Shown here: positions 56,027 to 64,000 of the stretch, in pieces
Position numbering within the stretch: the first letter of the stretch is position 1
How the letters are laid out: each line of letters starts with the position of its first letter
Source of the DNA: Terriglobales bacterium
GTDB lineage: Bacteria > Acidobacteriota > Terriglobia > Terriglobales > Acidobacteriaceae
DNA length: 64,000 bases
NCBI GenBank assembly: GCA_036522035.1
Contig: DATDGP010000220.1
Location: 19,407 to 83,406 of the forward strand
Reading direction: 5' to 3'
Notes under the pieces: model-generated
Database searches by the model: none
Told to the model about the DNA's origin: nothing
Seen by the model: the letters and a program-made list of their open reading frames with translations, nothing else
Made by a program: the position numbers and the translations under genes

Positions 56027-56192
56027 ACGGTTTCTCGTCTCCTTCTTTATTCGGCTCAATTCCGCCGCCGGCGCGCTCCAGGTTCCTGCCGGCCCACCTG
56101 CCCTCTTCGTCTACTGTACGGAATCTGCGGATATCGGTAAACTGCCTAGTCTAATTGTTGGGAAAATAATGTGCAAAGCCCGTTGCACCCCT

Positions 56193-57224
56193 TCAGAGCG
56201 TTCGCGCTAGCAGCATGGTTTGCGGCAAAGGCTCCAGCGGGACCGCCCGCACGCCCGCAAATCCAGCGTCAGTACACATTTTTTCGATCTCGGCGAAGGT
56301 AAAGGCATCGCCGTGTGGCGTGCCCGCCAGCATATTCACGCTGAACATGGCCGGCACCGGGGGCGACACCCGGTCGGCATTGGGCACAAACTCCAGGATC
56401 ACCAAGTGGCTCGCAGGCTTCATAGCCCTCGCGATCTTCTTCAGCAGCTCGACGTTCGTAGCTGCGTCAAAATGATGCAGGAAGTTGGTAAGCAGCACCA
56501 CGTCGTAGCCCGTGCCGTAGTCGACGTCGAAGGCACTTCCCGGAATCAGGTGATGGCGATCGCTGACACCGCAAGCCTTAGCATTTTCCTTGGCGACCTG
56601 AAGCACCTTGGCCCAATCCACGGCATAGATGTGAGCGCCGGGGATCTGCTGGGCCACGGTCACCCCAAAGACGCCGTGTCCAGCAGCGATATCCAGGATC
56701 TTAGGCGCCGCTTTGCCGTCGAATACGCCCTTCAGAGATGCGGCCATGGCTTGTGCTGCCGGGACCATCATCGGGGCCATGCCCCGGGCAAAATCCACCC
56801 AGATATCGTCATCCGGATCCAGGTGGTGGTCCGTGTTGCTGCTCCCGCCACGTCGGACGGATTCGGCGAAGTGCGCCATGTTCTCCACGTGCGAAGCATG
56901 CAGAAGAAACTTGAAAGCCCCGCCCAAGTAGGCCGGGGAGCGGCTGTCGAGAAACGTAGCGCTATCAGGAGTCAGGGAGTAGCGATCCCCGGTCTTGTCC
57001 AGGAAGCCCAGGACGGTCAAAGCGTCGCTCAGAATGCGTATGCCGCGTTCCGATGCGTTGGTCGCCCTGGCAATCTCCGCCGCGGTATGGCTGCCCTTGG
57101 CGACGGCAGTAAAGACGTCTAGGTCGACCCCAGCCTTCACCACGAACGAGTCCTGATAGGCTCTCGCGGCATTGAATATGGCCACCGGGTTCGGCGGCGC
57201 CCCAGGCTTCTCCTGTGCTGCCAT
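56193..57224 (-). CDS. Class I SAM-dependent O-methyltransferase (family 2, with N-terminal winged-helix dimerisation domain)
   Basis: 343 aa with the SAM motif ILDIAAGHGVFG and a small-molecule OMT-like layout. Confidence 0.7.
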   Translation of the reverse strand: MAAQEKPGAPPNPVAIFNAARAYQDSFVVKAGVDLDVFTAVAKGSHTAAEIARATNASERGIRILSDALTVLGFLDKTGDRYSLTPDSATFLDSRSPAYLGGAFKFLLHASHVENMAHFAESVRRGGSSNTDHHLDPDDDIWVDFARGMAPMMVPAAQAMAASLKGVFDGKAAPKILDIAAGHGVFGVTVAQQIPGAHIYAVDWAKVLQVAKENAKACGVSDRHHLIPGSAFDVDYGTGYDVVLLTNFLHHFDAATNVELLKKIARAMKPASHLVILEFVPNADRVSPPVPAMFSVNMLAGTPHGDAFTFAEIEKMCTDAGFAGVRAVPLEPLPQTMLLARTL

Positions 57225-57398
57225 ATGATGTCAGACCTCCTTGGTCATTCTACCTGTCGGGCGCGTGGCACAGCCTCGACCTGTGTCCCGGGTGGCAGGG
57301 CCAGGCTCCCCTTGGCGCGCACGCTCTTGGCGTGTTGGAGCGGAGGTCCCCCCGGCGGTGTCCGTGCCAGGATTCCTGCTCTCGCTTACAATGAACTC

Positions 57399-58049
57399 TT
57401 GCCTGCCCAGAATCAGTTCCTGCTGAAAATCATAGCCTGGATTGCCTTCCTGAAAACGCTTGGCGGCTGGGGCGTGATGGTGCTCGCCGCGATCGATAGC
57501 GCCGCGGTTCCCATCCCATTGGACGCCCTGGTAGCCGGTTACGTTTTCTCCAATCCCAGCCATGCGTGGCTCTACGCCATTGCCGGGGCTGTGGGTTCGG
57601 CACTGGGCAGCCTAGTCCCGTATTATCTGGGCCGGGCTGGCGGCGAGCTCTTCCTGCTCAAGCGCATCGACGAAGCCAAACTCCAGCGCATCCGCGACCG
57701 CTTCGAGCGCCAGGAGTTCCTGGCGCTCATGGTCCCGGCCATGCTGCCCCCGCCAACCCCGTTCAAGCTGTTCGTCTTCTCCGCCGGCGTCTTTGAGATG
57801 CGCCTCCCCTGGTTCTTGTCCGCGATCATCGCCGGGCGACTGGTGCGCTTCAGCGTCCTGGCAATTCTCACGGTAATCTTCGGACCCTCGATCGTCACCC
57901 AAATCAAGAACCTGATGCGCAACCATCCGTCTTTGGCCGTACTGATCGGGATCGCGGTTCTGGTTCTCGGCTACCTTGTTTTCCGACTCCTCAAGGCCCC
58001 CTTGCGCGAGGTAGCCATCGAAATGAAGAAGGAAGAGAAGAGCGGCTAG
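57399..58049 (+). CDS. YqaA/DedA-type (VTT domain) membrane protein
   Basis: ORF 57225..58049. The start is uncertain; TTG 57399 is proposed. It has 4-5 TM segments and AAIDSAAVPIPLDALVAGYV...LMVPAMLPPPTPFKLFVFSAGV, typical of the YqaA family. Confidence 0.6.
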   Translation: MPAQNQFLLKIIAWIAFLKTLGGWGVMVLAAIDSAAVPIPLDALVAGYVFSNPSHAWLYAIAGAVGSALGSLVPYYLGRAGGELFLLKRIDEAKLQRIRDRFERQEFLALMVPAMLPPPTPFKLFVFSAGVFEMRLPWFLSAIIAGRLVRFSVLAILTVIFGPSIVTQIKNLMRNHPSLAVLIGIAVLVLGYLVFRLLKAPLREVAIEMKKEEKSG

Positions 58050-58184
58050 CAACTAGCTGGTCGGCAATTGTTGAGTCCGTCACCGCGTGGCCGACGCCTA
58101 GGGGGAAAATAAAAGGAGGATGGCTATCACGGTAACGGCGATCGCGCGATCCGGGCAAATTCTCACTGATCACTCTATCTTCCG

Positions 58185-59315
58185 TTACTGCCCTCCGTTG
58201 GCTGCGGGCTTTTCGTCGGTGATGCTGCCGGCTTGCGGACGAGTACCTTTTTCATTCCACGCGCGAAGTTCGGCGAAGCCGCGGGCAGTCTCGTCGGGCG
58301 AGATGTTGCAATGGCCGTCGTGTTTCACGTACTGCTGCACGAACAGATCAGCCCTGCCGGTCTCGCGTGCCAACAGCGAGTACATATTGGGGATCGCCGG
58401 AGCCACCGTCGGATCGTAGGTCGTGTGGATAGCCAGCATGGGGCGTGTGAGCTTTCCGGTAGGCGTGTAGAAGCGTTGAAGGTAGCTGAGCGTACCGGGA
58501 TCGGCAGCGTAACGCTGTACGTGGTCGTTGAGGGCGTTATCGTCCGGCGTGCCGGTGTAGATGGTGAATCGGTTGTCGAAGGGATTGCCGCCGGAGCGCC
58601 GCTGTATGTCCTTGAGAACGAATGTACCGAAGACCAGGCCGTTGGCCATGTCGCGATTGTTGTGGACGTCGGCCAGCGTGCGCAAGATGGCCGCGGCTTC
58701 CGGCTTGCTGTCGAGCAGCTCGCGCAGGGCCTTGCGCAGTTCGTCGGTCATCTTGTAGTCAGCCGGAACCTTGGCCGGCGAAGGCAGGGCACCAGGGAAG
58801 TAGTAGTCGAAGACCACGCGCAGATCGAAAGCGTAATGCTGCATGAACCAACTCGAAGCCGCCAGCGGTCCGCAAAGTGGCAGAGCAGCATCATAGACGT
58901 CCGGGTTCTTTTCGATCATGGCCATAGTGATGAAGCCACCCATGGAGTGCCCGGTGATATATGTGACTTTGGGCTTGCCGTACTTGGAGATGAAGTAATG
59001 GCGCAACGCTTCTGTCTCCGGGATGGCCTGCTCGACGGCCCATCCGCCTTGGGAATAGCCGGACTGGATCAGCGCATAACCGGCCTTCACGTACACGGCC
59101 AACACTTTGGGCAGCTCTTTGCTGGTGAAGGTGCCGGGCTCGGTCGAGTATCCGTGACAATAGACCACCAACCCGTGGTTCCAGTTTTCAGGGACATCGA
59201 TGCGAAACTTGGCATGGTTGATCTCACCCAGCTCGGTCGCCTGCGCAAAGCTGAGCGTGGTTGCCACCAATAAGAACGAGAGAAGAGCGAATCGAAGTTT
59301 CATAGGAGGTTGCAC
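58185..59315 (-). CDS. Secreted alpha/beta hydrolase
   Basis: 376 aa with a signal peptide (MKLRFALLSFLLVATTLSFAQA) and the nucleophile elbow GHSMGG. The substrate is unknown. Confidence 0.7.
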   Translation of the reverse strand: MQPPMKLRFALLSFLLVATTLSFAQATELGEINHAKFRIDVPENWNHGLVVYCHGYSTEPGTFTSKELPKVLAVYVKAGYALIQSGYSQGGWAVEQAIPETEALRHYFISKYGKPKVTYITGHSMGGFITMAMIEKNPDVYDAALPLCGPLAASSWFMQHYAFDLRVVFDYYFPGALPSPAKVPADYKMTDELRKALRELLDSKPEAAAILRTLADVHNNRDMANGLVFGTFVLKDIQRRSGGNPFDNRFTIYTGTPDDNALNDHVQRYAADPGTLSYLQRFYTPTGKLTRPMLAIHTTYDPTVAPAIPNMYSLLARETGRADLFVQQYVKHDGHCNISPDETARGFAELRAWNEKGTRPQAGSITDEKPAANGGQ

Positions 59316-59525
59316 CAGGCGAGTATTATAAGTCGCTCAAGAGTTGGGGTGACGACGAAGTTGGGTTCGCGCGCGACGAGAAGCGTTTGGATGCCATCAC
59401 CGAATCCGTTGCCCCACCCGATCTTTCCAATCTGACCTTCTATGACCGCAGACAGCGTAGGTGTGGCCCACGGTGGCAGTGCGGTGGCTCGAATGTGAGC
59501 GCAGCCTGGGTGTCGAGGGCGCGGT

Positions 59526-60071
59526 CTAAATCGGGTCCTTGCCCGTTGTGCTCGGAAAAGCGCGCACCGTGGCGGCGATCATGACCGGAACGCTGAAGAG
59601 AATTGCCGAGAATAACAGGTTGGAAGCCAGTTCCTTCTCAAAAAAAGGAATAGCCGCGGCGTAGCAAGCCGTCAAGCCCGCGAAGGTCTTAGGGTAGCCC
59701 ACGTAGCCCGCCACCCACACACCAAAATCGCTGATCACGAAAAAGGAAATCGCACTGGCCACCGCAGCGCCCCCGACAAAAAGCGGCCGAACCCGGTTCT
59801 TCAGCAGGACACCGATAAAGCAGGGAACTACGTACCATGTCCAGATCAGCACCTGGTCAAAGGTGATGTGGCTTTGATACTTCACCAGCGTGAGATATAG
59901 GTCGCACCCGATCAGTAGCGCCAGGGGAATCACGAACTGTTTGCGCGGCATGCGCGAGCCGAAGAAGAGCAGCGAGGCCTCGAGCGGTGTAAAGCCCATG
60001 CTCGAGAGATATCCGGTCCCGGACAGGATACGAACAGCCACAGCAAGCAGCACAAACAGATAAGCGAGCAT
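59526..60071 (-). CDS. Small polytopic membrane protein (possibly DUF6580-like transporter component)
   Basis: The ATG at 60071 has a GGAGG 6 nt upstream. The protein is 181 aa with about 5-6 TM segments. The family assignment is tentative. Confidence 0.5.
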   Translation of the reverse strand: MLAYLFVLLAVAVRILSGTGYLSSMGFTPLEASLLFFGSRMPRKQFVIPLALLIGCDLYLTLVKYQSHITFDQVLIWTWYVVPCFIGVLLKNRVRPLFVGGAAVASAISFFVISDFGVWVAGYVGYPKTFAGLTACYAAAIPFFEKELASNLLFSAILFSVPVMIAATVRAFPSTTGKDPI

Positions 60072-60246
60072 CGAGCGCCTCCGAAACAAGTATTGTGACG
60101 GCTCAGGGTGAGCACGTCAAGGAGCGCTGGATAAATCGCCATCAAAGTGAAAATCGGCCTGAACTCTTTGCTGGCTCTCGGAACCACAATATTCAGCGAG
60201 AGCATATGCCGAGCCCTAGACATCAGCAAGGCGGACAAAAGTCACT

Positions 60247-61308
60247 TTACCTCGGTCTTTCTCTGTCCGGCGGCGCGCCCATGTACTGATCGGTCACTAT
60301 CAACTGAGGGTCGAGCTCTACGTACCCGCTGAGCGGCGACGACGAATTCCGCGACAAAGTGCGGGCATAGGCGAAGCGCAAGTCCTGAAACTGGATGCGA
60401 TAGCCGCTATTTCCGGCCAGCGATTGCACTCTGAGGAACGGGTATTGCGCCCAGTCGAGATAGAAACGCCCGAGCCGGGACTTCTTGGCCGCCAGCGTAA
60501 CCGGCGTCTCGGCTGGCTTGAAACGCAGAACTGCTTCGTTCGAAGGATCGATTTCGCCGGAAGAGGAATCCGCCTGAACGATTTCGAAGAAGTCGCGGGT
60601 CTCGACCACTCCGCCCCAGGTGAAAGGATTCAAAGGATAAGGAAAGGCCGAAGCGCGAATTGGGTCTTCGCCGCGATAGGTAATTGAGTTGAGTGCGGTG
60701 ACGGCTCGACGGTGCTCGAAGTCGCGCAGCCCGATGATCGCGGCCAGGGCGAGCAGGGCAAAAAGAGCGCCGCCGCGTCCACGATAGCGCGCCGGGCCTG
60801 CGCCCACCTCTTCCGTCACCAGGCCGAAAAGCGCCGGCACCAACAGGCCCAGAGTCAAAGCAGCCAGCATGATGGGATCGATGATCGAAACGATGTCCCA
60901 GGAATACCATCGGGGATGAAGAGGCGCGAAGGGCCGCACGCCGTAGTTGTTAGTAAAGTCCTGAAAGATGTGCACTAGCACCCCCGCCAGCGCGTACACG
61001 AAGAGCAAACCCCATCGCGGCTCAAGGCGGGCTTTTCGCCGCAGCCGCTGCCGCAGAAGGTAGTAGAGCCCGTATACGCCGCCCACGGTGATCGCGGCCA
61101 TTACTGGAGCCCCCAGCAAGGTATGCGTGAAGCCGCGATGGTGTGCGAACCCGGTCACCGATCCGCCGAAAAACCAGAGCACATCGATGTCTGGGACCTC
61201 AGTAGCCAGGACCATAGTCAGAGTGGCCAATCCTGTGGTGCGATTCAGCCCCGCGCGGCTCAGGCATGCTCCGGTCAGAAAATGGGTGACGGGATCCAAG
61301 GCCGACAT
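60247..61308 (-). CDS. Membrane-bound metal-dependent hydrolase (DUF457/YdjM-YbcI-like) with large C-terminal extracytoplasmic domain
   Basis: 353 aa with the N-terminus MSALDPVTHFLTGACLSRAGLNR and the HRGFTHT motif, typical of DUF457. Confidence 0.7.
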   Translation of the reverse strand: MSALDPVTHFLTGACLSRAGLNRTTGLATLTMVLATEVPDIDVLWFFGGSVTGFAHHRGFTHTLLGAPVMAAITVGGVYGLYYLLRQRLRRKARLEPRWGLLFVYALAGVLVHIFQDFTNNYGVRPFAPLHPRWYSWDIVSIIDPIMLAALTLGLLVPALFGLVTEEVGAGPARYRGRGGALFALLALAAIIGLRDFEHRRAVTALNSITYRGEDPIRASAFPYPLNPFTWGGVVETRDFFEIVQADSSSGEIDPSNEAVLRFKPAETPVTLAAKKSRLGRFYLDWAQYPFLRVQSLAGNSGYRIQFQDLRFAYARTLSRNSSSPLSGYVELDPQLIVTDQYMGAPPDRERPR

Positions 61309-61322
61309 TCTAAATAGCCTTT

Positions 61323-61453
61323 AGCAAATAGCAATCGGCAATTAGCCGTTGCATCGAAAAGGACGCCGCGGTTGCACGTGAGAAATGAAACGAAGACTCA
61401 GCAAATGTTGCTGGCATCTCTGCGTTCCCGCGAATTGCCAATTGCTATTTGCT
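61323..61453. repeat. Structured AT-rich intergenic repeat element (copy 2): 21-nt inverted arms
   Basis: AGCAAATAGCAATCGGCAATT (61323-61343) is the reverse complement of AATTGCCAATTGCTATTTGCT (61433-61453) at 20 of 21 positions. The spacer is 89 nt and contains the small hairpin CAGCAA-ATG-TTGCTG. The right arm shares the 13-mer AATTGCCAATTGC with 9953-9965. Confidence 0.65.
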
Positions 61454-61462
61454 GATTGCGAT

Positions 61463-62404
61463 TCAGGGCATCAGCAACGTAAACGTCCGTTGCTCGATTC
61501 CAACCTCGACCGGCAATGTCCCCAGCAGCTCTCCGTCGGCTTCGCAGTGGATGGCGCCTTGGGTGGGTTCGAGCGGAGTGCAGCGGAACCAGGGCGTGAA
61601 ACCGAGCTCGACTTGCCGCACCTTCCAGTTCCATCCCGTCGCAAGGCTGGCAAAGAAGCTGAGAAAGTGGCGCACGCGGTCTGTTTTGAAGATCATGACC
61701 CGATGGTCAGACCGTGCGAGGGAGCCGCCCAGGCGGACCAGGCGCAGCACCCCCGGAAAGCGGTTGGCCCGGGTGGAGAGGACCAGCGTCACCTTGGCCG
61801 AGTGCCGGGCGCCTTCGGCATCGATCCATTCCACCTGAAACATAGGGAAGTCGCGGCGGAGGGCCATGCGCGCCATCTCCAGGAAATAGGCGTACATTCC
61901 ATAACGCTGTTTGACTTCGACAAGGGTACGGTACATCAGCTGGGCGTCGGCGCCGACGCCGGCGGCAACGATAAACCAGCGCTTCTGCGGGCCCGTCTTG
62001 GTCCCATACGCGATCACGCCCGGGTGCAACTCCAGCCGTCGACAGGAGAGCAGAGCACGAGCCGCGGCTTCGGGATCGCGGGGGATACCCAGGTCGGTGG
62101 CCAACAAATTGCCGCTACCGAGAGGGATCACGCCCAGCCCCACATTGGAGCCGGGACCGATAAGCATCAGGCCGTTGAGCACTTCATGGACCGTGCCGTC
62201 GCCGCCGCACGCGATGATGGTGTCAAAGCCGGCAATTACGGCCTGCTGCGTCTGGCGGATGGCGCTACCCGGATCGCTCGTGGCGGAGATGTCTACGGTG
62301 ATGCCAGCCGCACGCAGGACTTCAGCTGCGCGGGCGATCTTCTCCGCGCGGCGCGCGCGCTTCCGGCCCGAAGCCGGGTTGTAGATCAGGATGACTTGGC
62401 GCAC
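61463..62404 (-). CDS. Diacylglycerol/lipid kinase family protein (YegS/BmrU-like)
   Basis: 313 aa with LIYNPASGR at the N-terminus and the catalytic IIACGGDGTVHEVLNGL motif. Confidence 0.85.
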   Translation of the reverse strand: MRQVILIYNPASGRKRARRAEKIARAAEVLRAAGITVDISATSDPGSAIRQTQQAVIAGFDTIIACGGDGTVHEVLNGLMLIGPGSNVGLGVIPLGSGNLLATDLGIPRDPEAAARALLSCRRLELHPGVIAYGTKTGPQKRWFIVAAGVGADAQLMYRTLVEVKQRYGMYAYFLEMARMALRRDFPMFQVEWIDAEGARHSAKVTLVLSTRANRFPGVLRLVRLGGSLARSDHRVMIFKTDRVRHFLSFFASLATGWNWKVRQVELGFTPWFRCTPLEPTQGAIHCEADGELLGTLPVEVGIEQRTFTLLMP

Positions 62405-62612
62405 GATTGCAAAGACAAGGACTAATCACTATAGCGCAAGCAGTGGGCAGCACGGGTCCGGGAATAACACCTCGAAGCTCATAGCGTCATGACCGCGTAC
62501 GCCGGAGCGTACGTGGCCCTCGCATGGGGGAGCATAGTCTTCCCTTCCCGCCCGGAATCTCCCAGACCTGTCCCATCCCTTTAGACCAACATTCAGAGTC
62601 CGCCCAATATAA

Positions 62613-64000
<1,388 letters not shown>

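Noticed and set aside
58233-59273. 346-aa plus-strand ORF
   Set aside because: It is antisense to the alpha/beta hydrolase gene, which has a signal peptide and a GHSMGG nucleophile elbow. The antisense translation has no features.
60090-60246. Possible riboswitch (for example cobalamin) in the 5' region of the small polytopic membrane protein gene
   Set aside because: I read the minus-strand leader and found no B12-box-like consensus or other riboswitch core that I recognise. There is only a partial AGCCAG word.
61385-62425. 346-aa plus-strand ORF
   Set aside because: It is antisense to the lipid kinase gene (GGDGT motif on the minus strand). It would also have to read through the intergenic inverted-repeat element.

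Overview
This is a GC-rich bacterial chromosomal segment. Gene content and protein style fit Acidobacteriota/Terriglobia, but taxonomy cannot be verified from here. It is densely coding: about 58 CDS and one tRNA-Gln. ligA runs off the 3' edge and is missing from the ORF track.

Most of the window is housekeeping:
- prfA-prmC and sdhCAB
- the GDP-mannose genes manA, manC and PMM/PGM
- coaD, ruvB, and ispE-tRNA(Gln)-prs-rplY-pth
- rpsF-rpsR-rplI, pal, acpP-fabF and ligA

I found no CRISPR array, transposase, integrase, prophage genes or recognisable defence genes. Many long ORFs in the track are antisense or alternative-frame artefacts of the GC-rich composition.

The parts worth a second look are:
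1. An envelope-glycan-like locus (11.2-25 kb). It combines a giant TPR plus C-terminal beta-barrel protein, a GT4 enzyme, and a divergent translationally coupled operon (GT-C-like membrane protein plus three exported proteins), next to the GDP-mannose genes. No known synthase or exporter is present.
2. A secreted DUF3300/DUF2950 gene pair whose DUF3300 member carries a long Gly/Tyr/His-rich tail.
3. An ECF sigma / zf-HC2-HEAT anti-sigma / DUF4097 / PDZ four-gene module.
4. A structured AT-rich intergenic repeat family. One copy splits sdhA from sdhB, and another forms 21-nt inverted arms between two minus-strand genes.
5. A perfect palindrome overlapping a consensus -10 box in the long rplI-pal spacer.
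6. An ACE-like M2 peptidase gene bracketed by a 13-nt direct repeat.

All functional calls come from motif and family recognition by eye. None was confirmed by a search.
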